32,000 bases of DNA from Nanobdellati archaeon (lineage in GTDB: Archaea > EX4484-52 > WAPT01), in the NCBI GenBank assembly GCA_027038505.1, contig JALVWC010000009.1, positions 1 through 32,000 on the forward strand, in the 5' to 3' direction. The position numbers were made by a program, and so were the translations under genes. The notes under the pieces are model-generated. The model did no database searches, was not told where the DNA came from, and saw only the letters and a program-made list of their open reading frames with translations. How positions within the stretch are numbered: the first letter of the stretch is position 1; the number at the start of each line of letters is the position of its first letter. Below are positions 7,549-15,917 of this stretch, in pieces.

Positions 7549-7568
7549 CAAGAGTGGAGGTGATAAAA

Positions 7569-7943
7569 ATGAAGGAAGTGGGTTTGGAGAAAAGTTTGGA
7601 AATAAAGAAGAGTATTCTACTTGTTTTGGGAGTAGCCCTAAGCTCGTTGGTTGGAGTGATAGTGGGCATCGCAGCAAGTATGAGCGGTGGAACACAGACA
7701 GTTGGTGTGGACTTTCTCATGTATCTTCTGTTGAGTGCGATAGTTTGCAGCGCGATCTGGATTGGATTCATGATTTACACAGAGGAGGGAGGGGCAACGT
7801 TTATCATCCTGCTATCGATTCTTGCCCTAATGTTGCTCAACCTTGCATTGCCACCAGTAAAGTACGCGCCGATCGCTTACGGAGTTATCGGAGCCTCTAT
7901 AGTGACCATCTTCGTTTATGCCATGCTTCTTCGTTCTTCCTGA
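7569..7943 (+). CDS. Small integral membrane protein (about 4 TM helices), function unknown
   Basis: ATG 7569 lies 5 nt after the SD GGAGGTGA. There are hydrophobic helices throughout. It lacks CrcB/FluC motifs. Confidence 0.6.
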   Translation: MKEVGLEKSLEIKKSILLVLGVALSSLVGVIVGIAASMSGGTQTVGVDFLMYLLLSAIVCSAIWIGFMIYTEEGGATFIILLSILALMLLNLALPPVKYAPIAYGVIGASIVTIFVYAMLLRSS

Positions 7944-7966
7944 TTTTATTTTTTGTTTTTATTTTT
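7944..7966 (+). terminator. Oligo-T terminator
   Basis: TTTTATTTTTTGTTTTTATTTTT lies directly after the TGA stop. Confidence 0.6.
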
Positions 7967-7995
7967 GGGAAATTTATCCCGTCGAATGGAAATCC

Positions 7996-8002
7996 ATATA
8001 AA
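7996..8002 (+). promoter_or_regulatory. TATA box for the acdA operon
   Basis: ATATAAA is centred 26 nt upstream of ATG 8025. Confidence 0.55.
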
Positions 8003-8024
8003 GATGAGACCACAAAGTTGAAGT

Positions 8025-9401
8025 ATGGGTTTAAAGGCGGTTTTCAAACCAAGAAGTATAGCGGTTATCGGCGCATCCCGGGATCCAGAAAAGGTTGGGC
8101 ATGTCATTTTCAGAAACCTTCTGAGCAGTTTCAAGGGGAGAGTTTATCCCGTCAATCCCAACGCTGACGAGATTCTCGGACACAGGTGTTATCAGAGAGT
8201 GTTGCAAATTGAAGATATTGTCGATCTGGCGATCGTGTGTGTTAAGCCGAATATAGCGAACAGGACCATAGAGGACTGCATAAAAAAGGGCATTAAAGCT
8301 GTGATAGTGATAACCGCCGGCTACAGGGAAATAGGAGGGGAAGGTATAAGAAGAGAAGAAGATCTCAAAAAGCTCATAGAAAGCTCTGGCAAAAAAACAA
8401 GGATTATAGGTCCGAATTGTATAGGAGTATACTGTCCTTCAAGCGGTGTGGACACCTTGTTCATCCCCCCCTACAAGATGAAGAAGCCGCATGAGGGCAG
8501 GATAAGCTTCATATCTCAAAGTGGGGCGTTTGGGCTTGTCATCCTTGACTGGATGGCGGAAGAAGGAGTGGGCGTGAACAAATTTGTGAGCTACGGTAAC
8601 GGTACAGACGTGAAGGAAAGCGAACTTTTGGAGTTTCTCGCTCGGGATAGAGATACGGGCGTTATAGTTGCGTATATCGAAGGGGTGGAAAACGGGCATG
8701 AGTTCATGAAAGCTCTCAAAAAAGCTGCAAACAAAAAGCCCGTTATAATATTTAAGGGAGGTAAATGTGAAGCTGGCAAAAAAGCCGCTGCCTCCCACAC
8801 CGGAAGTATGGCCGGAAGCTACGAGGTATTCAGGGGGGTGCTGAGACAGTGCAATGCGATAGAGGCGGAAAACATACAGGAAATGTTCGACTATGCAAGG
8901 GCTCTTGTAACCTGCAAGTATCCTAAAGGCGATAAGGTGGCTATCATAACCAACGGTGGTGGGATGGGGGTCATAACAGTAGACTGTGTTGTTAGAAACG
9001 GCATGAAACTTGCGGAGTTTTCAGAATCCACAGTAAAAGAGCTGAGCAAGATACTTCCTCCCTATGCTTCTGTACATAACCCGCTGGATTTGATAGGAGA
9101 CGCTACCGCCGAGAGGTACAGGAAAGCCATCGAGATTGTTTCGAATGATGAAAATGTTGATTCGATTATCGTAATTACTCTTTTCCAATTAGCACCTCTA
9201 AGTTCGGAAATAATGGATGTTCTTGCAGAGGCAAACGCAAAAACGCACAAACCACTTATAGTTTGTTCGGCTGGAGGAGAATACACACGGGTGCTGCTAA
9301 GGAGTTTTGAAAAGCAGGGCATACCCGCGTACCCCACCCCCGAGAGAGCTGTGAAGGCACTCAGGGTGCTGACAGAGTACGCAAAGAAGAAAGGTGCGTG
9401 A
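8025..9401 (+). CDS. acdA: Acetate--CoA ligase (ADP-forming), alpha subunit (CoA-binding plus CoA-ligase domains)
   Basis: 458 aa. The N-terminus FKPRSIAVIGASRDPEKVGHVIFRNLL is a CoA-binding Rossmann fold. IGPNCIG, SQSGA and ASHTGSMAG (catalytic His loop) are present. Confidence 0.9.
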   Translation: MGLKAVFKPRSIAVIGASRDPEKVGHVIFRNLLSSFKGRVYPVNPNADEILGHRCYQRVLQIEDIVDLAIVCVKPNIANRTIEDCIKKGIKAVIVITAGYREIGGEGIRREEDLKKLIESSGKKTRIIGPNCIGVYCPSSGVDTLFIPPYKMKKPHEGRISFISQSGAFGLVILDWMAEEGVGVNKFVSYGNGTDVKESELLEFLARDRDTGVIVAYIEGVENGHEFMKALKKAANKKPVIIFKGGKCEAGKKAAASHTGSMAGSYEVFRGVLRQCNAIEAENIQEMFDYARALVTCKYPKGDKVAIITNGGGMGVITVDCVVRNGMKLAEFSESTVKELSKILPPYASVHNPLDLIGDATAERYRKAIEIVSNDENVDSIIVITLFQLAPLSSEIMDVLAEANAKTHKPLIVCSAGGEYTRVLLRSFEKQGIPAYPTPERAVKALRVLTEYAKKKGA

Positions 9402-10064
9402 ATGAAGATCGAAGAAATAACGGATAATATAATTATGATTTTTATAGGAAAACTTGACAGCAACGTGTATGTGGTAGATGATGAACTTGTTATCGACACG
9501 ACCACGGGTCTTTTGCACGGGCAGCTCCTTGGACTTATGAAAAAGGCCGGAGTAGATGCGAAAAAGGTTGAAAGAATCGTAAACACGCACCTGCACTTTG
9601 ACCATATAGGTGGGAACTTCATATTTGAGAAGGCGCTTGTCGGAATGCATTTTAAGGATGCTGAGCTTCTCAAAAAGAACAAGGAAGCTACTTACTACCA
9701 CTTCTTCGGAGGAGAGATAAAGCGTGACAGTGTGGATTTTCTTCTACAGGATGGAGACAGGATAAAGACAGCGAACCATAAATTCGTTGTGGTGCACACA
9801 CCGGGTCACACACCAGGGAGCATATGTCTTTACGAGCCCGACAAAAAAATACTGATAAGCGGCGATACGCTTTTTCACCACGCTATAGGCAGAACCGATC
9901 TCATGGGTGGAAGTGATGAGGACATGCTCAGATCACTTGAAAAGATTCTTAGCCTCGAATTCGAGATGCTGTTCCCAGGACACGGGAGGGCGATAACAAG
10001 AGATGCAAAAAGGAAAATCCTGGAATGTGTGAGGGCTTATGAAGCCTGCGAAAGATCAAGTTGA
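9402..10064 (+). CDS. MBL-fold metallo-hydrolase (glyoxalase II-like)
   Basis: THLHFDHIGG matches the HxHxDH motif, and TPGHTPGS and GDTLF are present. The ATG directly abuts the acdA stop. Confidence 0.85.
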   Translation: MKIEEITDNIIMIFIGKLDSNVYVVDDELVIDTTTGLLHGQLLGLMKKAGVDAKKVERIVNTHLHFDHIGGNFIFEKALVGMHFKDAELLKKNKEATYYHFFGGEIKRDSVDFLLQDGDRIKTANHKFVVVHTPGHTPGSICLYEPDKKILISGDTLFHHAIGRTDLMGGSDEDMLRSLEKILSLEFEMLFPGHGRAITRDAKRKILECVRAYEACERSS

Positions 10065-11166
10065 GGTGTTTAGGGCATTTGTGGAGAGCATCGAAAGCGG
10101 GGAGAAGATCCTCGTGATCTATCACCCGGATCCGGATGGTGTGAGCTCGGCTGCTCTTCTGCTGAGGTTCCTAAAAAAAAGTGCGAATAATATTGTGCTG
10201 AGCACGCTGAATCAGGGAGAGAAGGTTGTCATAACTCCCGAAACGATAAGGAAAGCAGAGCTTGACGGTTATTCCAGAATAATAACTCTTGACCTCAATG
10301 TCGAGTCTGACGTCAGCTCCCTCAAGCTCCTGGCATCCAAATGCAACGAAATGCTTGTTATAGACCATCATGTCTCCACGGGTGAACTGAAAAAAAAGGA
10401 CGGCAACATAACCTACATCAGCGCTTACCAAGTGGATGAAAAATTTGCATCAAGTTATCCGGCGGCCAAACTTCTGTATGATCTCATCTCATATCTTGAC
10501 AAAACCATCGAGAAGTTTGCATGGATTTCGGCAATAGGCATCTACGGAGATTGTGCAGAAACCGTCTGGAAGGAGTTCATGGATGATGTTCTTGAGGAGT
10601 TCAAAATAAAAATGGAAGACGTGAGGAAAGCCGCAAATCTCATTGAGTTCTGCAGAGCAAAGAGTTATGAGCTCGTCGATAAAACCCTGCACATCCTCGC
10701 GTCGTGCGGCACATTGAACCAGTTCCTGCAGAGCGAGATCGCAGGGGAGGTTGAAGATGTGGAAAGGGAGTTTGCCAGAATTATGGATGATGCTGAAAGG
10801 AAAGCGAGAAAGCTTGTGAATGAGGAGTTGATAATTCTCGATGCCTCTTCACCATACAATCTAAAATCGCTTGTGGCAAACCACCTATCAAAAGTTATGT
10901 TTCCGGACAGAACCATCGTTGTGATCTGGGCTGGTGCCGACTCATACCACCTCAGTTTCAGGAGACAGGATAAGAAGGTTAACATGTGTATGTTTGCACG
11001 GAACATTGTCAAAAGAGTTGGTTCCGGTCAGGGTGGGGGTCATGTTCCTGCTGCAGGAGCTACAATTCCTATTAATGCTGTTGAGCTGGAAGAACTCAAA
11101 AAGATAATTAGGGAAGAACATGAAAAGCTCACACGTGTTCAGGCTAGCTATCCCTCTCCTTCTTGA
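10039..11166 (+). CDS. DHH/DHHA1 family phosphoesterase (NrnA/RecJ-like core, no OB domain)
   Basis: HPDPDGVSSA, IDHH and GGGHVPAAG (DHHA1) are present. It overlaps the MBL gene by 26 nt. Confidence 0.8.
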   Translation: MKPAKDQVEVFRAFVESIESGEKILVIYHPDPDGVSSAALLLRFLKKSANNIVLSTLNQGEKVVITPETIRKAELDGYSRIITLDLNVESDVSSLKLLASKCNEMLVIDHHVSTGELKKKDGNITYISAYQVDEKFASSYPAAKLLYDLISYLDKTIEKFAWISAIGIYGDCAETVWKEFMDDVLEEFKIKMEDVRKAANLIEFCRAKSYELVDKTLHILASCGTLNQFLQSEIAGEVEDVEREFARIMDDAERKARKLVNEELIILDASSPYNLKSLVANHLSKVMFPDRTIVVIWAGADSYHLSFRRQDKKVNMCMFARNIVKRVGSGQGGGHVPAAGATIPINAVELEELKKIIREEHEKLTRVQASYPSPS

Positions 11167-11425
11167 GAATCTCAAGAAGCCTTTCGAGGTTCTTTGTTGA
11201 AACCCTCCTTTTTAACCTGATGATCTTGAGATTTATGCCGTAAGTGGTGAAGTCCGCATACTCATCAAAAAGCTCTGGATATGCGGAAACGACCCTCCTC
11301 ACCTGCTCCATATGGAGCCCGCTACGCCTGGCTATTTCCCTTATCCAGAGTCCGTAGGGATGCTCCCGAAGGACTTCGATTACCTTTTTCGTGTGTTCGA
11401 CCTCCGTACTGGTGATTTTTTTCAT
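11144..11425 (-). CDS. Small winged-helix DNA-binding protein
   Basis: 93 aa. HPYGLWIREIARRSGLHMEQVRRVV is an HTH. The start lies 27 nt from the shared TATA. Confidence 0.6.
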   Translation of the reverse strand: MKKITSTEVEHTKKVIEVLREHPYGLWIREIARRSGLHMEQVRRVVSAYPELFDEYADFTTYGINLKIIRLKRRVSTKNLERLLEILKKERDS

Positions 11426-11448
11426 GCTGAAAAATTCTGAAAATCACA

Positions 11449-11456
11449 TTTTAAAT
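11449..11456. promoter_or_regulatory. Single central TATA box in a 53-bp divergent spacer
   Basis: TTTTAAAT is centred 27.5 nt from ATG 11425 (-) and 26.5 nt from ATG 11479 (+). Confidence 0.55.
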
Positions 11457-11478
11457 GTTCCACGTAAAAATCTAGCCC

Positions 11479-12516
11479 ATGAACCCCTTCAAGACCATCA
11501 GGCATATTCCAACGCATGAGGAACTTGTGGACAGGGCTTTCAGAAGAGCGAGCAAAATAAGTGCTGATCCGCACATTAAGGATAGAGTGATGAGGGAGAA
11601 GCTGCTGGAGCTTCAGAAGATGAGCACGGTGAGTAACGTTATCAGGAATAACATAAAGGAAGTGATAAAGAGCGTTCCAGATCTGGACGAGGTGCCTGAG
11701 TTTTATAGGAAGTTGCTGTCCATCTATATGCCGCTTGAGACTGTGAAAAAGTCTCTTGCCACCCTCAGCTGGATAGCGAATAAAGTCAGGGAACTTGAGC
11801 TCGAATACCAGAAAAAAATCAAACAGGAAAGATCTGTAAGGAAAATTAAAACTCTGAGAAGATCCTTCTACGGTAGGGTGAGCTCGGTAATAAAAAAGAG
11901 GCGAGACGCTTTCCAGACGCTAATAGAGGTAAAAAAGATTTCCTTGGAGTTCCCCTCCCTGAAGGATATGCCCACAGTCATAATATCCGGCTACCCCAAT
12001 GTCGGGAAGAGCAGCCTGCTTCGGAAGCTTAGCGGGGCCAAGCCCGAGATAGCGGACTACCCGTTCACAACCAAGAAGCTCATGGTCGGCTATCTCAACG
12101 ATGAAATTCAGCTTATAGATACTCCCGGCATTCTTGACAGGGACCCTTCAAGAATGAAGGAGATAGAAAAGAAAGCAATAACCGCGCTCTCCACGCTTCC
12201 AGCAATAATGCTCTACGTTATCGACGTTAGCGAGACTTGTGGTTACAAGCTGGAAAAACAGCTCAAGCTCTTACGGAGATTAAGGGGCTTATTTCCTCAC
12301 CTTAAAACCATATGCTGTCTCAACAAGACAGACATAGCTATGAGAGATGTCATTGAAAGTGCGAAGGAACATCTTCACCAAAAGTACAGGGATGTGATCT
12401 GTGTTGAAACATCCGTAAATGATGAGAATTCCATCGAGAAACTGAAAGAAATTCTTCGTAAGGAAGTGAAAACCGTGACCCGCCACGGTGGGCGGGGCAC
12501 GGCCACATCCCAGTAA
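11479..12516 (+). CDS. NOG1-family GTPase (archaeal nucleolar GTP-binding protein 1 homologue)
   Basis: An N-terminal helical NOG1-like region is followed by G1 GYPNVGKSS, G2 PFTT, G3 DTPG and G4 NKTD. Confidence 0.85.
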   Translation: MNPFKTIRHIPTHEELVDRAFRRASKISADPHIKDRVMREKLLELQKMSTVSNVIRNNIKEVIKSVPDLDEVPEFYRKLLSIYMPLETVKKSLATLSWIANKVRELELEYQKKIKQERSVRKIKTLRRSFYGRVSSVIKKRRDAFQTLIEVKKISLEFPSLKDMPTVIISGYPNVGKSSLLRKLSGAKPEIADYPFTTKKLMVGYLNDEIQLIDTPGILDRDPSRMKEIEKKAITALSTLPAIMLYVIDVSETCGYKLEKQLKLLRRLRGLFPHLKTICCLNKTDIAMRDVIESAKEHLHQKYRDVICVETSVNDENSIEKLKEILRKEVKTVTRHGGRGTATSQ

Positions 12517-12602
12517 GGGAGATAAAACCATGAGACAGTTGTATCAAGCTACCTTTGTTATTTTGAATTTAAAAAATATATATGCTTTTCGGTGATGGAT
12601 GT

Positions 12603-13835
12603 ATGCATTTCGAGTCCCTGCATAAGGGAAAAAGGCTGGATGGAATAATAAAATACAGGTACGAGGACTTTGTTGTTGAAGAGATGCCTCACAGGCATGA
12701 GGTGCTCGAGCTTGATGGAGATCACGTATTTGATGAAAGTAGTGAGGGCAAGTTCCTTCACTGTATTCTCATAAAAAAAGGATACGACACATTTGAAGCT
12801 GTGTCAAAACTGAGAAAGAAGCTGCGCATAAAAAAGGAGGACAGGATAACATTTGCCGGGCTTAAGGACAAACACGCGCTGACTTCTCAGCTCATCGGAC
12901 TGTATAGGGTCAAAAGGGAAGATGTTGAGAACATAGCTCTCAAGGACATAAAGATTTTACCCATCCGTTACGGAAACAAGGTTTTTCTGGGCGGATTGTG
13001 GGGAAATCGGTTCACCATAACGATAAGAAATATTGAGAACGATGAGAAGGAAATAAAGGGAGTTGTGGAGAATTACTTTAACAGCACCGGAGGTTACTTT
13101 CCCAATTATTATGGTGAGCAGAGATTCGGCACAAAGAGAGAGATAACACACCTTTTTGGCAAATACATCATTCTGAGGGAATTTGAAAGGGGCGTGGTGT
13201 TTTACCTCACAGCCTTCAAAGAAAAGGAGATGGACGAAAGGATGAGGTTGGCCAGAAAGCTCATAGAAAAGGGAAGATACGGAGAAGCTCTCGAAATCTT
13301 ACCAAAAAAGTATGAGCATGAAAGGATAATGCTGAAAACGTTAATAGAGACCAACGACTTCAGGCTGGCGTTTCTGTCATTACCTAAAAAATTTCAGAGG
13401 TTCGTTATAAATTCCTATCAGTCCTATCTCTTCAACAGGCTGCTTGAAAAGATTGTGAAATCCGGTTATTTTGATGAGAAGCTGAGGATACCGGTGGTGG
13501 GTTATGATTACTCCCGGCCTGTCGTAAGGGAGAGATGGCACGACTTGCTGGATGAGCTGCTCGAAGAAGAAGGAATAGAGCCTGAAATGTTTTACTTCAA
13601 GAGAGAGAAGCATCTAACGACCACAACACGTTACAGAAAGGCCTTTGGAAAGGTCCACGACTTTGAAATTCTTGAAACAGGGAAGGATGAATTTTTTGAA
13701 GGTAAAAATAAGCTTATCCTGAGGTTTGCGCTCAGGAAGTCAACCTATGCCACCACCTTTCTGAAGGAAATCATCAACTACACCATCCTGCCGGAACGTG
13801 TTGCGAAAAAAGAGACGGAGGGAAAGAAAGGGTAG
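12603..13835 (+). CDS. truD: tRNA pseudouridine(13) synthase TruD/Pus7 family
   Basis: FAGLKDKHA carries the catalytic Asp and NYYGEQRFG is present. ORF-track start 12582 lies inside the AT-rich TATA region (12568-12582). ATG 12603 fits the -27 rule. Confidence 0.85.
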   Translation: MHFESLHKGKRLDGIIKYRYEDFVVEEMPHRHEVLELDGDHVFDESSEGKFLHCILIKKGYDTFEAVSKLRKKLRIKKEDRITFAGLKDKHALTSQLIGLYRVKREDVENIALKDIKILPIRYGNKVFLGGLWGNRFTITIRNIENDEKEIKGVVENYFNSTGGYFPNYYGEQRFGTKREITHLFGKYIILREFERGVVFYLTAFKEKEMDERMRLARKLIEKGRYGEALEILPKKYEHERIMLKTLIETNDFRLAFLSLPKKFQRFVINSYQSYLFNRLLEKIVKSGYFDEKLRIPVVGYDYSRPVVRERWHDLLDELLEEEGIEPEMFYFKREKHLTTTTRYRKAFGKVHDFEILETGKDEFFEGKNKLILRFALRKSTYATTFLKEIINYTILPERVAKKETEGKKG

Positions 13836-13861
13836 CAACACAATCCGTCTTTTATATGAAG

Positions 13862-14203
13862 TTAAGCCACCCGCACCTCGATTGTGGTTGTGATGTTCTT
13901 CTCCGGATCAATCACGCAGGTACACACGCACATGGGCTCTGTTTTCTTATAAATGACATCGCTTTTATTCACACCAACATCCTTCAGTTTAGGGACACAC
14001 CTGCATGGGTATAAAAGGTTGGGGCTCGACTCTATTGCCTTGCACTTTTCCTCTAGTATTCTGTACTTTGTTATCCTTTGGTATCCGACAAAGAAAACCA
14101 CTGTAATCGCAATAAGCACTATCAGCACTAGATAAGGTGTTGTGTCTTTTCTTTTCTTCTCATTGTTTTTTTCTTTTCCTTCGTTCTCTACCATCTCAAT
14201 CAC
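13862..14203 (-). CDS. Membrane-anchored Cys-rich small protein, function unknown
   Basis: A charged N-terminus is followed by one TM helix (YLVLIVLIAITVVFFVGY) and then a 70-aa domain with 7 Cys (CRC, CVCTC). GTG 14203 abuts the upstream stop. The first ATG is at 14194. Confidence 0.55.
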   Translation of the reverse strand: MIEMVENEGKEKNNEKKRKDTTPYLVLIVLIAITVVFFVGYQRITKYRILEEKCKAIESSPNLLYPCRCVPKLKDVGVNKSDVIYKKTEPMCVCTCVIDPEKNITTTIEVRVA

Positions 14204-15196
14204 TTAAAGCAGCTTTAAGCTTTTAAAAATCTTATTGAGCTTTTCCTCGGCGTCCGGACCCACCGCGAGTGCCGTTATGGTTCCTTCCTCAACCTGTGTT
14301 AGACCAGCATCCCTGATGAGCACAGGCTTAAGCCCGGTATTCCTCGCTTTTTTGTAGAGGTTGATCAATTCTCCCTCATCCTCGGCTCTGAGCACGATCT
14401 TTTTCTGTCCGGATGCCAGCCATTCCTCCCGTTTTTTCTCATCAGAGATCAAAAAAGCTGAAAGGGATGCGTGGGCCACCTGAGCTGCAAGCTTGCCTTT
14501 GCCCATTTTTAAGTCCTTTCTGACCACAATCACCTGTTTTAGGGGAGCGGAGCATTCTCCATCCCGTGGTGCTTTGAGATTCTTTCTCGCTCTTCTCCAT
14601 ACATAGATGTAGCGCTGCAAAACCGTAATGCACGCAAGAATAAACGTTAAAACAAGGAGGTAAAAGGCCAGATCCGCTCGCTTCAAAATAACGAAAGCCA
14701 TCGCAAGCACAAGCATGATGCTTCTCTCCCCTCTCTCGAGTATGCCGTGCATCTCCTCAACCTCTTCCTTGGTTATAGCGCTGCGGTGATCCGCATAGGC
14801 CTTAAGAAAGGACGTCATGTAGGTTCCCGCTGCCATGAGACCCATGATGAGGAATAGAACCTCATTCCCCATTCCCTCTCTGAGCAACATACCGCCCAGG
14901 GAGAACAGGAACAGGGTCTCCACAACCCTGTCAGCCACGCCGTCAGCAAACGCTCCGAAAGTGCTAACCTTGTTTTTCGCTCTTGCCACAGCTCCGTCAA
15001 CCAGATCCATCAAAAACGCAAAGAGAAAGAACACAAATCCAGGCAGATACGTCCCTCTCAGAAAGATGATGAGGGTTGCCAGCAGTGCGAAACCCACTGA
15101 TAGATACGTATAGAACATGGGGGATAAGGGTAGTTTTGAAAACGCCCGACCGAACGCTCTGCTTACTTTTTCCCCTGTTCCTGTGGATTTAAGCAT
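14204..15196 (-). CDS. In-frame fusion of a CDP-alcohol phosphatidyltransferase (N-terminal, about 205 aa) and a peptidyl-tRNA hydrolase Pth2 (C-terminal, about 112 aa)
   Basis: The exact motif DG-x2-AR-x8-G-x3-D-x3-D occurs in DLVDGAVARAKNKVSTFGAFADGVAD (nt 14930-15007), within multiple TM helices. The C-terminus VIVVRKDLKMGKGKLAAQVAHAS...LIRDAGLTQVEEGTITALAVGP is canonical Pth2. There is no stop codon between the two parts. Confidence 0.8.
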   Translation of the reverse strand: MLKSTGTGEKVSRAFGRAFSKLPLSPMFYTYLSVGFALLATLIIFLRGTYLPGFVFFLFAFLMDLVDGAVARAKNKVSTFGAFADGVADRVVETLFLFSLGGMLLREGMGNEVLFLIMGLMAAGTYMTSFLKAYADHRSAITKEEVEEMHGILERGERSIMLVLAMAFVILKRADLAFYLLVLTFILACITVLQRYIYVWRRARKNLKAPRDGECSAPLKQVIVVRKDLKMGKGKLAAQVAHASLSAFLISDEKKREEWLASGQKKIVLRAEDEGELINLYKKARNTGLKPVLIRDAGLTQVEEGTITALAVGPDAEEKLNKIFKSLKLL

Positions 15197-15218
15197 GAAG
15201 GGAGAAGTGTTGTCAAAA

Positions 15219-15227
15219 TTTTTATAA
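15219..15227. promoter_or_regulatory. Single central TATA box in a 52-bp divergent spacer
   Basis: TTTTTATAA is centred 27 nt from ATG 15196 (-) and 26 nt from ATG 15249 (+). There are A-rich BRE-like flanks on both sides. Confidence 0.55.
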
Positions 15228-15248
15228 CCTTTTCAAGAATTTTCTCGA

Positions 15249-15917
15249 ATGAAGCTTGCCATAGATATGCACGTACACACCCTCCATTCCAAGGACGGCT
15301 TAAGCTCCGTGAAGGAGATTCTGCTTGCAGCAAGAGCAAAAGGGCTTGATGGAGTGGCCATAACGGATCATAATACAACGGAAGGTCTTGATGAAGCGGA
15401 AAGGATCGCAAGAAGACTTGGCATGGTGCTTATTAAAGGGCAGGAAGTGCGGTGTGAGGAAGGTGATGTTCTTGTATATGGAATTGATGAGAGCTTTCTC
15501 AAGGGAATAAAGGCGCAAAGGCTCCTGAAAAGGGTAAAGAGCGCTGGAGGGTATGCTTTTATCGCTCACCCGTTCGGAAGGCTGTTCCACTGGAAGTCCT
15601 GCAGCGGAACAAAACTGTTCCACATCATAAGAGAGTTTGACGGTGTGGAAGCTTTCAATTCAAGAAGCGCGATAGGAAACTGGAAGGCGTTGATCCTTAC
15701 GATGCAGCTCAACACGAGCATGATCGCGGGAAGCGATGCTCACCACTGGAAGGAAGTGGGAAACGCCTACACCATTGTTGACTCCCCGAAAAAAGATGCG
15801 GAATGTGTGCTCGAGGAGATAGCTAAAGGTAATTGCAGTATCGCTGGCAGGAAAACGTCACTGCCACGGATTCTCAGATGGTACTGCCAGAGGGTCGGGA
15901 GGAAGATCATCCCTTAA
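15249..15917 (+). CDS. PHP-domain metal-dependent phosphoesterase
   Basis: IDMHVHTLHSKDG, AITDHNT, IAHP and GSDAH are the PHP His/Asp motifs. Confidence 0.8.
   Translation: MKLAIDMHVHTLHSKDGLSSVKEILLAARAKGLDGVAITDHNTTEGLDEAERIARRLGMVLIKGQEVRCEEGDVLVYGIDESFLKGIKAQRLLKRVKSAGGYAFIAHPFGRLFHWKSCSGTKLFHIIREFDGVEAFNSRSAIGNWKALILTMQLNTSMIAGSDAHHWKEVGNAYTIVDSPKKDAECVLEEIAKGNCSIAGRKTSLPRILRWYCQRVGRKIIP

Noticed and set aside
7508-8167. A 219-aa plus-strand ORF.
   Set aside because: It overlaps the SD-led membrane-protein gene and the acdA start in other frames and reads straight through the T-rich terminator at 7944-7966. Its start lies inside the leader hairpin. I judge it spurious.
9062-9701. Two overlapping minus-strand ORFs (206 aa and 134 aa).
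   Set aside because: They are antisense to the acdA 3' end and the MBL gene, with low-complexity Ser/Phe-rich translations.
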